Assembly: GCF_009914755.1 (NCBI RefSeq)
Contig: NC_060929.1
From: the human T2T-CHM13v2.0 reference genome, Homo sapiens
Strand: one strand, 5' to 3'
DNA: 64,000 nucleotides
Position numbers and translations under genes: made by a program
The notes under the pieces: generated by a model
Told to the model about the DNA's origin: nothing
Databases searched by the model: none
What the model saw: only the letters and a program-made list of their open reading frames with translations
In this document: positions 42,253 to 60,745 of the stretch, piece after piece
How positions within the stretch are numbered: position 1 is the first letter of the stretch
How the letters are laid out: the number at the start of each line of letters is the position of its first letter

Positions 42253-45039
42253 GCAATGAGAATACATGGACACAGGAAGGGGAACATCACACACCGGGGC
42301 CTGTTGTGGGGTGTGGGGGGTGGGGAGGGATAGCATTAGGAGATAAACTTAATGTTAAATGACGAGTTAATGGATGCAGCACACCAACATGGCACATATG
42401 TATATATATGTAACGAACCTGCACGTTGTGCACATGTACCCTAAAACTTAAAAGTATAATAAAAAAAAAGAGAGAGAGAGAAAAAAGAAAAAGCATGGAA
42501 AAAAAAAAAAAAGCTTGAGAAAGTGAGGGAATGAGAATCTAATCTGTGGTTATCTACCAGCTTCATCATGAACTAATTGCATTTTTATACCATTTCAGAT
42601 GGTCCTTAGAATGAGACTGATATCTCCATCTCCCAGTGCCATAGGACAGGATCTCACAAGCTCTTGGGAATTGTGTGGTTAGGAGAACTAATCCGAGGGT
42701 GATTTTCAAGGATCTCTAAGATAACTTCATCATCTCTTCCCTCTGAGGTAACCCCACCCCCAACACACACACAATTTTCATTTTTTTCTGACATACATTG
42801 TCTTTACATGCAAAACGATTATCAACAGCAAAATGATAATATGTTTTAAGTAAGTGGGCCTAGTCACTTTTACATTAATCATTGATTCATAACTTTTTAA
42901 CCACCCAGAACCTTTTCTATTATTTGCTCTCTACTTTATGAACCTCAAGATTTGAATAAAAGAAGTCTTCACAAAAAATTGTTCATAATAAGTAACAACT
43001 CATTTCCATTAGTTCCTTCCACTAAATAAGAGCCAGTTGAAGATTCGATAATCATAAATATAGCCAAGGGCAAAGAAACTCAAAAGGTTATAAATTGGAA
43101 AATAATCACACCCACAGAATGTCATTGTGAGGATTAAGTGTGTTCATATGCGTAAAGCACTTAGAATGGTTCCTGGCGCACGGGATCACTATAAAAGTGC
43201 TTACTGCTCTTGATATTTTAATTGGTCTGTGAAGACTTATAGCAAACACATGTCTAACTTCCATAAAGTTTAATTTTCTATAATCAGTAGATTTTGAAAA
43301 TTAAAAAATACTTCTTGAGTATAAAGGATCTTGCATTTGACTATAATAGCATGTACCCCCCTGGAAGGGAGATGCTGTAATGGCATTGATTTTCATAGTC
43401 CTGGTCTATGTAATATAGGTTTTTGTACCTAGGCACTCAATCTGTTGATATGTTTATATTTTCATGATGTATGAGGCAGATATTATGCACATGCATCTGC
43501 TCTAGAAGGTTAATGATAAAAATTGGTTATAAAGTTTTAAAATAGTCACTATATTAGCTATATAACTTTTATAATTTGAACTGGTTACATTGTGGCAAGT
43601 TGTATCACTTACAGTTAACACTGACTTGCCAAATTTCTTAACAGTGACAGCAGGAATAATTGCCCCAAACTAGAAATTGAGCAAAGCTTTCCCTTAATAA
43701 ACAGTAGAGAAATAACTAAGAACAGAAACGGGGAAGAAATAGGAAGATAAAGGACAGTCTAAGCTAAGCTTATACCGTGAACATACTTAATTAGCCTTCC
43801 CTCCTTGATTTATGTTGCATATTTATAAACCCTCTGTAAACTGCAAGTGTAACAAAGGTATTTTATTTTATTGATTTTTATTATTATATTTCTGATCACT
43901 GTCCCCAGCCAGGCAACATCAGTAAGAAAAAGAATCATTGTGACAGGTCCTAGATTTTAGTTGCATTGGCCAATGTTTACTTTTCCAGGGCTGAATATAG
44001 CAGCCCTATGATGCTGAGATCCAATAGCATTCAGTACACTGAGCCTATTCTTGCTCAAAAGCAAGTATTCAGGGTTGTGACAAAGGTTGGCAAAGACCAG
44101 TCAGCTAGAATGAATAGTATTATGTGCAGCTGGCTCATTGCATGGTATCTAACAACACATCAACCAGAACTGATTATGTCAAAACAGAATTCTCTAAGTT
44201 AGAGTCTTGGAGTCAGCACTTCCTAAAGGATAAACATCTCAGAATGTGCCTTTGTAAGAACTCTGAGGCTACTCTTGAATGCTGAAGGGTGGTTTTGAAA
44301 TGTTCAGTGACTCCATTAGACTGTGTGTTGAACATGTGGACACCTCCTCCATCTCTTTTGTCAGATCTGGACATATTTCTTTTTAACATTGTATTTTTTA
44401 ACAGTATGTTTCTTGTGAAATGCTGCAATAGTTTGTTAATAAGTCTGTAATCTGCTATTACAAAGCCACTGATGAATTGTATAAGGTTAGTTAAGTTTAT
44501 GTTAAATATAAAGGAAGCAGACATTCAAGAAATATGAGGGTAGGATGGGGAAAGAGACTCATTAAGATGGTAGAAGAATTCTTATTTAATTTCCTTTTTA
44601 TCCTTTGTAAGAATTACACAATCTGTTGCTAGCATCTTAATCTTTAGTTATGCACACACAAATTTCATGCCGTCTTGTTAATCTCATCACTTTCTCATTA
44701 GTACAAAACATTTTCCAACTTCATTCTTTTCTGGGTGAGGGCCAATAAAACTACAGAAAAAATCTCCCATTTAAGAAAATATCTCTAATGTCTTTTTCAA
44801 AATTAAAGAATGCCCAGAAGTTTTTGAAATAAGGTATGCTCATCACATCCTAAAGAGCATTTTTGTTTTACCACTCTTTCTTATGTCAGTACTTATTAAA
44901 ATCTACCTAGAGTGTGGTCGATTTCCAGTGGAACTTTGAGTCTTCTGGGTTACAAGAGATAAGTGAAAAATATTTAAAGAATTGTTTTTTATGTGCTATA
45001 TTGGTAATTACTATATCACTATATATTTTAAATTTAAAA

Positions 45040-45480
45040 ACATTCAATTCCACTTCCATTAATGGTGCCATCAATTTTCCTACTTTTCCAGGTTTGGAAC
45101 ATCAGAGTCATGTGTGTTTCAATGTCTTCTCTACTAGACTCTGAGTAGTCTTGTTTATATCACATTAACCCAAAGCGTTACCATCTCACACCTGAACCAC
45201 AGCCAGAGCCTCAAAACTGATCTTCCTCCAACTGGTCTTTGCTACTTACTTCACTTGTAGAGTGCTTTTCACTTATCTTTTTACTTTGCTTGCTTGGATC
45301 ATCTCTCTCTTCCCTCAGGCATTTTGATGGTCTTCTATTGCCTTATAGATAAGATTTAAAATCCCCATTTGTCTTTCAGAAACCTCTACAATTTGACCCT
45401 AAAATGCTTTCTCAGATGTATCTTCTTATCTTTGTGTATATAAACCTCCCTTTCCAGCCAAACGTTTCTGCTTACATACC
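45040..45480 (+). mobile_element. L2 LINE fragment
   Basis: Diverged L2 3' region motifs (CCTCAAAACTGATCTTCCT, TTCTATTGCCTTATAGATAAG). Confidence 0.5.
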
Positions 45481-45484
45481 TTCT

Positions 45485-46020
45485 GTGGAAAGTGGAAAAT
45501 GACTCCCCAACACCTCCCAGCCCCCACTCCCAACAAATATGCCTACATCCCAATTGCTAGAACCTGTGAATGTGTTAGGTTATATGGAAATGGAGAATTC
45601 AGATTGCATATGAAATTAAGGTTGCTACTCAGCTGACATTAAGAGGAGGACATTATGCTGCATTTTTCAAGTATGCCCAATATAATCCCAAGGCCCTTGT
45701 AAGGGAAGGAAGGAGACAGAGGAGAGAGACAGAGAGATGGAAGTATGAGAAGAATTCAGCCTGATATTGCTCGTTATGAAGATGGAGAAAGCAAGGACAT
45801 GGTCCAAGATAAGCATGTGGTCTCTAGAAACAGGTGAAGAAAAGAAAATGCATTATCCTCCAAAGCCTCCAGAAAGAAACACAACCCTATAGACATCTTG
45901 ATTTTAGCACAATGAGACATATTTTGGACTTCTGACTTCCAGAACTGTAAGATAGTAAGTTTGTGTTGTTTTAAGCCACTAAATGTGTAGTAATATGTTA
46001 CAGTAATAATAGAAAAAAAT
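45485..46020 (+). mobile_element. MLT1D-like solo LTR
   Basis: GAACCTGTGAATGTGTTAGGTTA, ATTAAGGTTGCTA, GGACTTCTGACTTCCAGAACTGTAAGATAG, TTTTAAGCCACTAA. Confidence 0.85.
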
Positions 46021-48134
46021 GCATCTTTTATTGAATTCAACTTATTAATTACATAAAATATATTTCACCTTAGTTAGTTGCTACTTACATGTTCTTATCT
46101 TTTTAGTTATATTATAAATTAGTGAGAGCAGGGAGTTAGTATACCATATTTCTTATGAGTATGGTTATATATGCTATACAGCTTTGGATATGGCAGATCC
46201 TTGGGTTTTTTAATTGATAATCTAATCTAAGTCGGCTATTTTTTAATACTTGTAATAAATTTTCATCATAGAGGTAAATTCTCAGAAAAGATATAGTTAC
46301 AGTTCCACTACATAATATTCATTTATCAATTTGTAGTCAAGAGATTCTGTCTTCTTAATTGGGTAATATGAAGAGCATCTCTGAGGGGTTGCTACCTCAA
46401 TTTACTAAATTAGGAGAGTAGACCTAGTGATGCAAAAGGATTTGCACATAAGTAAGTAGTTACACAGAGGAAGAACACAAGCTTATATTGATCACATATG
46501 TCTGACTCTAATTTGCTATCTTGATTTCCAAAGTGCTTGCTTACAAGATGAAATGAGCTACTCAGTACTGGGCTCAGCTGTGTGGATCGGAGTCACATAT
46601 CAGTTTCAAGGATTCTTAACAGACCGTTGGAAAGCTATAATAGACGACTGATGCTACATAAAGAATATCTAAACAGTATGAGAATCGCTAAATCAAAATC
46701 CCACATGGGGGAGGTAAGAAGAGAAAAGAAAATAAATTGCTTTATTTACAATAAAAAGCTATCTTGTTTGCAGATTACAAGGACCAATAGGCACAAATAA
46801 GTGCTAATATTGGATTTTTTATTGAACTTGAAATTATTTTCTCCTTATTTAAAATAAAAAACCCTTTCTGTGACACAATTAATTTAGTCAAACTTATCGA
46901 TAGTAGGCACATCTGTACTTTCTAAAATTCCAATATTTCAATCTGTTTCCATTTTATGAAGATAACTACAGATGTTGTAATGCCTACAAAGATGCAAGAG
47001 ATGAGTTGGTACTCCTAAAGTCACCTGGAAAACCTTTACAAACACCCATGCCAGAATTCAATGTTATAGCAGAATTTCTGCAAGTGCACCTGTGCTTGAG
47101 TGCATCTTAATAGTTCCCAAAGGATTCTAAACGTGCAGGTTAGAGAGTCACTGAGCTTGAAGATAGAAGACATAATTTTTATACAACCAATCGGCTCCCC
47201 TTCCCTCAGATGAAGTACAAAAAGATTTAAAAATTTTAAAAAGAGTTCATCAGCTGCTGAAATTCAAAGATAAACATTTTATAATTTTTCTGTGAAGCTG
47301 CAAATATAGTAGGTGCTATGGTAAATAATGAATGTATCATGTATGTGTAAAGGGAATCATTTCGTGAATCTTGGAAAAAATATGACATTTCGATGGGGTT
47401 CAATATAAAATATCAATCATTACAAAATACAATGTGTTCATCATTTTAATTCTATTCAATACTAGAGAAATACTGACCTTCATTATACATCTGAAATGAA
47501 TATTTTTAAAGGTTATCTGTTTTCTTTCTGTATAGTTTTAGTTTTGGCATCTGTGGTGAATTTTGGCATTTGTGGCAAATTCAACAATTCCCTGTACAAA
47601 AATTAAGACCAGGCAAAAAAATTGTAGCCATCTACCTCATGGATCAACTACTCATTTATTTAAAATAAAATCGTTGTAACATTTCTATACCAGATGTTAC
47701 ATTTTCCTCTCTATTTTTAAATAGATAATTTGTTAGAAATAGGAGAATGGTAAATATAATGATAAGATTCTTAAATTAACAACATGTAGCACATGAATGT
47801 GCTTTATCTTTATAGACCCATTTTAACATTCAAATTTACTAATCTAAGGTGATTCCAACCAAGAGAACAATAAGCATAGTCAAGATGATGGCAAATCAGT
47901 ACTATAAATCTATAGTTGAAAATATATTTTGAAAAGCTTTGGAAAAGGTAATTCCAGGTTTCAACTAGTAGGAAAGCTTTGGGTGCTATATAAAGAAGAT
48001 ACTATTCCAAGAACTACTTAACATTGAAGGCCCAAAAGTACTAACTGTAATTCACAGAGTGAATTATAAGCAATAGCCAGACTGACCATGTAAAGCCCAT
48101 GAGAATCAGAGACATGTGAAAAGATTAGAAAGCA

Positions 48135-48165
48135 AAAATAAAATAAAATAAAATAAAATAAAAAT
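48135..48165. repeat. (AAAAT)n microsatellite
   Basis: About 6 units. Confidence 0.9.
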
Positions 48166-48238
48166 ACTGTGTGCAGATTATAAACTGGCTTATATAAAAA
48201 TAGAGTTGGCCAAGTGGTTCTTAAAAGTAAATCAGCTG

Positions 48239-52948
<4,710 letters not shown>

Positions 52949-53310
52949 AAGAGTTAATCAGCTGTCTCTCTCTCAGAAGGATAACAAATAATGTTTACTT
53001 TTTGGCATAAATCCTTTCATCACCATGAAGAAATTTGCATTTACCTAAAGATAAATGCCAAATGTATATAGCTCACTGGTTTGCAAAGCAACTTCACAAA
53101 TGTTGTCTGATTTAACTCTTCCAATAACCCCATGAGTTTTTATCTCTATTTAATAGATGAAAAAATTGAGAGTGAGAACATGTGATATGCCCATGTTATC
53201 TCCCTGCAAAGTAACAGTAAGAGCTCAGTCTCTATGTGTAGAAACCTTTTCCTTCCCTACTACTGCTACTCCCTTTGGTTTTCTTCCTCTATTCAGATAT
53301 ATGATTTCTA

Positions 53311-54395
53311 TCAGGACATAGGCATGGGAAAAGACTTCATGACTAAAACACCAAAAGCAATGTCAACAAAAGCCAAAATAGACAAATGGGATCTAATTAA
53401 ACTAAAGAGCTTCTGCAGAGCAAAAGAAACTGTCATCAGAGTGAACAGGCAACCTGCAGAATGGGAGAAAATTTTTGCAATCTATCCATCTGACAAAGGG
53501 CTAATATCCAGAATCTACAAAGAATTCAAACAAATTTACAAGAAAAAAACAAACAACCCCAACAAAAAGTGGGCGAAGGATATGAACAGACACTTGTCAA
53601 AAGAATACATTTATGCGGCCAACAAACATATGAAGAAAAGCTCACCATCACCGGCCATTAGAGAAATGCAAATCAAAACCACATTGAGATACCATCTAAC
53701 ACCAGTTAGAATGTAGATCATTAAAAAGTCAGGAAACAACAGATGCTGAAGAGGATGTGAATAAATAGGAATGCTTTTACACTGTTTGTGGGAGTGTAAA
53801 TTAGTTCAACCATTGTGGAAGACAGTGTGGTGATTCCTCAATGATCTAGAACTAGAAATATCATTTGACCCAGCAATCCCATTACTGGGTATTTCTCAAA
53901 GGATTATAAATCATTCTACTATAAAGACTCATGCACATGTATGCATATGGCGGCACTGTTCACAATAGCAAAGACTTGGAACCAACCCAAATGCCCATCA
54001 ATGATAGACTGGATTTAAAAAATGTGGCATATATACACCATGGATTACTATGCAGCCATGAAGGATGAGTTAATGTCCTTTGCTGGGACATGGATGAAGC
54101 TGGCAACCATCATTCTCAGCAAACTAACACAAGAACAGAATGCCAAACACTGCATGTTCTCACTCATAAGTGGGAGTTGAATAATGAGAACACATGGACG
54201 CAGGGAGGGGAACATCACAAACCAGAGCCTGTCTGGGGGTGGGGGGCTAGGGGATGCATAGCATTAGGAGAAATATCTAATGTAGATGACGGGTTGATGG
54301 GTAAAGCAAACCACCATGGCACGTGTATACCTATGTAACAAACTCGCACGTTCTCAACATGTACCCCAGAACTTAAAGTATAATAATAAAAAAAA
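53311..54395 (+). mobile_element. 5'-truncated L1PA7-like LINE
   Basis: ORF2 C-terminus from [10 protein letters not shown]; 3'UTR GTAGATGACGGGTTGATGGGT...AAACCACCATGGCACGTGTATACCTATG; A tail. Confidence 0.9.
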
Positions 54396-55574
54396 GAATT
54401 GGCTTCTGTGTCTATATTTGTAGTTCATAGATTTTTACCCTCTTTATGTGGCCAGCTGCTGCTTCTTAGAAACATTCTTAGTGCCTGCACTTACCATTTA
54501 GGACCTCTCAACTTCAGACCTCCAATAGCTCCTTGGCCCATGAGCCTTCCTAGTTTCCCAGTAGAACTGGGTCTCAGCCCTGAGTCCTTTGCAGTACAAA
54601 TACCTTTTGTTTACAGAAGGCCTCTCCTCGGACAGCAAATCTCCTTCACTCATGCCTTGTTCTACTCTTTTTTCCCATCAGGCTGTGTGACAAAAAAAAG
54701 TACACATTTCTCCAAATGCTTCATTTGCTCAGCACGTGGAATATAAAGAATAAGGAGCCTAATGTATAAAAGTGATCATTGGCTGTAACAATTCAACTTC
54801 TGCAGTCTTACCCTCATATGGAACTTGAATTTCCATTTAATGTGCCAGGTTTCTAGGAAAATTGAAAGTGTTTAAACATTTGTGAATAGCAGTAATAAGA
54901 AATGTATTTGGCCCCAAAGAGACAACTCCTTTACCAGCATTTAAAAGTTGTATAGTCAATATTACAAAGAATGTGTTTAGCATTCATTAAAGGCATCTGA
55001 ACCCTAAAAAAGATGCCTTTTGGATTAGATAACATTTGAATAAAGCATTTTCTTTCATATACATATATATTATATATACATGGTATATGTAAATATTCCA
55101 CTATGTGATTATATACACTTGTGTGTTATTAATTGTATATATAATTATATATAATTAATAAGTGACACAGAATGAAACAAGAGATGTTGATGTCATTTAT
55201 TGACCATACGTTATTCACAGAGAGTCATGGATAGAAGCTTTGCTTAATACGTTTCTTTGTATTGATGTTAAATTCAAAACCCATATGAAGACAATCATTG
55301 CCAGGTTTCTATTTTATCAATTTATTAAACTTCCACTGTGTTCATGTATAACAGCACCCATGCTAAGGGCTATGGGATCTTTCTGAGTTTAAAACAACAA
55401 CAAAAAGGTTTCTTAACTTTTTTTCATCCAGTATAAGCTACAAACTATACAAACATCTTAATGGAGATAAAGGGTTGTGATTGGGCTCTGGAACTTGAAA
55501 AGTTGTGTCTTGTCTTCATTCCTTTCCATCTTTGTTGCTAACATTACTTTATAGCATACAGTCTAGTGATCATG

Positions 55575-55815
55575 TGCACACCTTGTCTTTTCAACCTCTT
55601 TCCTCTCCTCCTAAGCTCTCAACCCATTACCTTTCTCCTCTCTCTACCATATCCCATCCCCATAGTCATACCTCTGCATCTCCTCCCACCTCTCCTCTTC
55701 CCCACTTACCCTTATTCCTTTCCCAGTTCTCCCTTTCTCTTCCCTCCCCTTCTTATTTACCCCTACTCTACTCTCACCTGTCTCACTTCCAGTTGTATTT
55801 CTCTCACTTAAGCAC
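55575..55815. repeat. C/T-rich low-complexity tract
   Basis: About 240 bp of pyrimidine-dominated sequence. Confidence 0.7.
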
Positions 55816-56181
55816 TTCCCACTGTATTTCTGTACCTTATGTCTGACTTCCTTCACACTCTCAAATACGTGGCTCACAAAGTATCTATCCGTATAAACGT
55901 ATTTTATTCAGTGAGTCAATATCACCAGGTTCCCTAGAGGTTCTCTAGTTCTAATCACCACTAATGCAGAACAAGAACGATGTTGATTCTATCTATAGGA
56001 AATGAGCATTTCTTCATTTAAGAAAATGGGCAATAAAATTAGAGCTCTCTGTGGCACCCAGGCCTTCCTTGCCAGGTTACCAGTTATCAGGCCTATTTCA
56101 GGTTTTGTACTTGATTGCCAGTAATTCATCATTTTGGAATATATGTTCTTACTCTGCTTTGAGTTTTAAATCCCATGATAA

Positions 56182-56182
<1 letters not shown>

Positions 56183-56229
<47 letters not shown>
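56183..56229. repeat. (TAC)n trinucleotide microsatellite
   Basis: About 15-16 perfect units. Confidence 0.95.
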
Positions 56230-57399
56230 CACTGATGTATTTTAATAGTATTTTTGTGGGTTGTATTCGTTGTCCTTTTTACTGATTGAAACCTAACTAG
56301 TATGAAAAAAGAGCTTTATCCCCCTTTCTAGAAAAAAAAAATATTAAACAGGTACAGATTTTGCTGCAAGATAATATCTTCTTTCCTTGGTTAAGAAAAC
56401 AATTTATTTTTTTTTCATTTCTCTTCCAAATTTTTAGCTGGAAGTTTTCAAATGTGAGGCAAGTAGTTTTATAAAATGTGCTGGAGGTATAGCTTTGTTT
56501 TAGCACTTTCTCACCCAGTAAGTGAGAAAATATAAGTTAAGAATAAACCCATCATATTTAAAAATGTCTCTCTTCTTTCATTCCAAAGAAATATTTTAGT
56601 ACTGCACAAAAACACAAACACACATTTAGTTGGGGATGGCTGAATAAAACTTTTCTACCAAAGAGAAAGAAGAATGGAATGAAAACTGAAAAACCTTGAT
56701 TATAGTGTATTTAAGAGAAAAATATAATTTTTCCTTTTAAAAAATTCTCAAAGAATATGGGTAAAGCTACATCATATGACTTAATAAAGTAGATTTACAG
56801 ACTCATCAAAAACCTTGGCATAAAGAATATATTATCTTAAGAAGAAAGCTTTATGAAGAAGAAACTGTACTAAATGAAGAAAAACTAATTAAACTAATTA
56901 ACTTACTCCTTTACTGAATTTGAAAGAACCATGTGCCAGGTCAAGTCTTGACCAGTTTAAAGTAGCAGCCTAATTTACTCATATTTAATTTTATTAAATT
57001 TTGTGGGAACAACAACAGGGCAGCTTCCTGAATTTTGTTGTTATTTTTCCTGGCTATTAGGGGTGGTTTTAAAAATGTGATTTTCCAATATAATTGGGAA
57101 ATTTAAATAGAATAAGAGATGCCATGTATATTAATTTTATAAAGGAAGAAATGTTTTACAAAGAAAAATACCAATTTTTTAAGGTCAGAGAGTTCATAGA
57201 TGTTAACAATACACAAACTGGCACAATGACCATAGCAAAATGAAATTGAAGTCAACACAAAGTTCCCTTGTGTGCATGGTATTTTACTGTGGTACATGGT
57301 AACCTAAGTTCCTTAGTCCACACCCCAGCCTGCTTTCCATTAAATAAGTTCAATATTTAATGCTCTGTCTGCAAACCTGGACCCACTTTTGGTCCCTTT

Positions 57400-58138
57400 C
57401 TCACTTGAATTCTCTACATACCAAAGGGTATTTCAGGAAACACACCTCAAAAGTCATAACTTCCCTGTAATTCCACTGCTATCTGCTCTCTCTGAACCAT
57501 TGGTGTCTCTCATTGGGGTTGTGGCAAGATGTTCCCAACTGGGCCTTTTTTGGATCCACTGTAATCAGGTCTTCTATAATTCAACAGCAAGGGTCATTTG
57601 AAAAACAAAAATTATAATATCACTCCTCTGCTTAAAACCTCTCCATTGCTTTCCACTGTACATACAAGATCCAAATGTGTCTCATGGCCTACCAAGGTCT
57701 GCATTATGTGGCCCCTCCATATATCCTTAAACTAACCTTGACTTGTACTCCCCACCTTTCAATAAGCTCAAGCTACCAATGGTTCTTTTAGATTTTGAAT
57801 ATGCGACACCCTTTCTAGCCTCAGGGTTCTCACACATACTGTTCCCTCTGCCTGCAGTAGGCTTCACATATATGTCAGCTCTCCTTAGAAAGGGTTTTCC
57901 TCACTTCTATCTAAATTATTTGCCACAATTTATTCTCTGTTATAATAATTAGTGTTCTGCATAACATCAATTATAATTGGAAACTAAATACCTATTTGCT
58001 TACTTGTATATTGTCTACCTCTTCCACCAGACTGTTCTCTGAGCACAGGACTTTATGCCTATTTTGTTCCCATCTCCTACAGGCTAGCATAGTGTTTGGC
58101 ACAGTATGCTGTCAACAAACACTGGCAGAATGAATACA
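57400..58138 (+). mobile_element. L2 LINE 3' region
   Basis: TCACTCCTCTGCTTAAAACCTCTCCA, ATGGCCTACCAAGGTCTGCAT, GCATAGTGTTTGGCACAG...GAATGAAT. Confidence 0.8.
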
Positions 58139-58337
58139 TGCCCCTGTGTAAGGAAGAAAGGAGCAGTACCCCTCCTCTTCCCTAGGACCAGTGAGGCTGT
58201 TTATAATGAACTAGTCTAAAGCATGCACACATGGGATGCTTCATGTAAGTCTGAATTTAATTTTGGATTTAAATTCATACATTAATGCTTCAGGTTATGC
58301 TTAAATTTATCGTTATTCATGAGGGCATGCCTGGGTC

Positions 58338-59893
58338 GGGACCACTACATAATTTGTGGGACTCTTCCAAAATAAAAATGCAGGTTGCTTGTTCCAAAAG
58401 CAAGAAAAAAGAGTGAAGTTAAAAATAACAAAATATGGATGAAACATTTTCCTTTAGAAATGTCTTAAGGATAAAGCCCTTTCCTTTAAAATGTCTTATA
58501 TCTTATGAAATGTAATAGGAGTAATGGTAATACATGCATAACAACATAAAGTTGAAACTTGCAAAAACATTTTTAGTGTCAACTTTTTATATAATATAAT
58601 ACTTTGTTAATGATTCATCTTGACTGATCTTAAGATTGTTCTGGTTTCCTTTTCTGAAAATTCATTTATCAGTCACCAAAATTTATACTTTTAACAACTT
58701 CATTTTTTATTAATATAATTGAAAGCAACACCAGATTCTCTTGGTAAATGTAAGATCACAAGTAATTTTTATGTTTAAATATCTAGGTGAATCTCTCTGA
58801 TTATGGAATTTTTACTGGAGCAGCTAGGTGTATTTTATAGACTATGTCACCTTTTAGAACATCTAGAGTTGTTGATTAGTCTCATGAGCAATTTTTCTAA
58901 AAAGATTTAACTCTTCATGCAAATTGGTTTCATAAGTCTGAATTTAATTTTGGATTTAAATTCATATAATAACATTTTAATGTTTCTTTTGACATCTGTA
59001 ACTTATGAAAGTTGTATGAGAAACTCAAATTGGCTTCATGGCCTGCATGTAATTCAAAAGGACTGGTTATGCATTCTATGGTGTATCTTCCAACTATATA
59101 AAAAGTTACTTGTAAAATGAATTTTAAAATTGTATTTTGAAGCATCATATGAATGTAGCATTTTTTCCCACTGAATGTAACAATTTTTAAATATAATTTC
59201 TTTCTCTTTAGCCTGTGATATTTGCTTCACAATGTTGAAGCAGCTTTCAAAAACAGAATCTAAACACTTTGAGTAATTCTAATTCTGATATATGCTCTGC
59301 TGTAATATCCATATCTACCCTTATATTTTGTAGTAATTTACTCACAAAATCTAGTCCCTAAGGGCCAACAGTTTTTGTCCTAGACCTCACACTAGCTAGT
59401 TCCATTTGAGCAAATGACACAAGTAAGACTTTGAGAATGAATGGTCAAGTTCCCTCCTATGAAGCGCACTGGTGCTCTCTTAGGCAACGCTCCTATGGTG
59501 CTCCTCTGGGCAGTGGCCCTCTTTTGTTCCAGGCTGTGGCCATCTCTGGTGGCTGGTGCTGCTATTGTAGGTCCCATTGGAACAATCCCCTTCCCCAGGA
59601 CTTCCCCAGGCAAAGGCAGGCACACACAGGCACACAGGCAGCTGGGCCAACTGTTCTGGGTGTCCCCTGCCTGCTGCCTGCTGTCCCCCATGCCTGTGGG
59701 CTTCAGCCTGTGTGTGTCTATTGCCTACTGGCATCTCTCTTGCTCATGTTGCATGCTCCACTGTCCCAAAGACTTTACTTAGAAAAAACAAGATCAAAGA
59801 TAAAATTATTAAGAATTTCAAGCTGGCAATAGCAGAGCATTCAACCAAGAAAGGGTTAACTGCACAGCTCCCTGGCCCATAAAGCTAGCCCTG
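58338..59893 (-). mobile_element. MER45R-like hAT-Tip100 DNA transposon
   Basis: MER45 termini (CTACATAATTTGTGGG; AAGAATTTCAAG...AGCAGAGCATT...GCTAGCCCTG); about 1.55 kb; flanking CTGGGTC repeat at 58331 and 59894; degenerate hAT dimerisation-domain-like sequence on the minus strand at about 58640-58830. Confidence 0.8.
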
Positions 59894-59971
59894 CTGGGTC
59901 TCTTTTGGTAGAATTGTGGATCTTGTCCTGGAAAGTGTGGTGACACTGGCAACTGAGAGTGGATCTCCCCT

Positions 59972-60140
59972 TTATTAACTAAAGTCCACAGTTTATATTA
60001 GGGTTTACTCTTTGTGTTATACATTCTATGGGTTTTGACAACCGCATAATGGATCTGCCATTATAGAATAGTTTCACTGTCCTAAAAGTCCCTGTTCTCC
60101 ACCTATTTATCCTTCCCTCCCTACAGCCTTCATTGTTTTT
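59972..60140 (-). mobile_element. L1MC-type 3'UTR fragment
   Basis: TAACTAAAGTCCACAGTTTATATTAGGGTTTACTCTTTGTGTT...AATAGTTTCACTGTCCTAAAA. Confidence 0.75.
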
Positions 60141-60433
60141 TTCCATTCTCATTGTCAGTCTCTAATACAAAGGTATTCTAATCCCAGAACAAAAGACAAA
60201 CCATTAAACCAAGTATTTTGAGTAGTGAGGGTTAGCAGAGAATGGAGAGGGTGGAGAAGGGCATGTTTTTATGAAGAAATCAGTTCCTGTTTTGGTTTCC
60301 AAGTCAGAAAATTTGAGATATGTTATACACATTATTTGTGTGGACACCACACATAACTGTATATGGAGCGAAGCGTGAACTGTGTTTACACCAGTAATAG
60401 CCAAAAAGAATTATAATAATAAAAATAACAGGG

Positions 60434-60745
<312 letters not shown>

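Noticed and set aside
44213-44524. 103-aa minus-strand ORF in unique DNA
   Set aside because: No recognisable domain or splice context; length compatible with chance
53234-53716. 160-aa ORF fusing unique sequence to the L1 ORF2 C-terminus
   Set aside because: Chance upstream ATG in frame with a truncated L1PA7; ends at a premature stop; no promoter evidence
54989-55021. Hairpin AAAGGCATCT/AGATGCCTTT followed by Ts, like an intrinsic terminator
   Set aside because: Primate nuclear DNA with no upstream gene; chance-level inverted repeat
55505-55877. Overlapping Ser/Pro/Leu-rich ORFs
   Set aside because: Artefact of a stop-poor C/T low-complexity tract
59392-59882. Five overlapping ORFs on both strands
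   Set aside because: GC-rich subterminal region of MER45R with few stop codons; no protein similarity recognised
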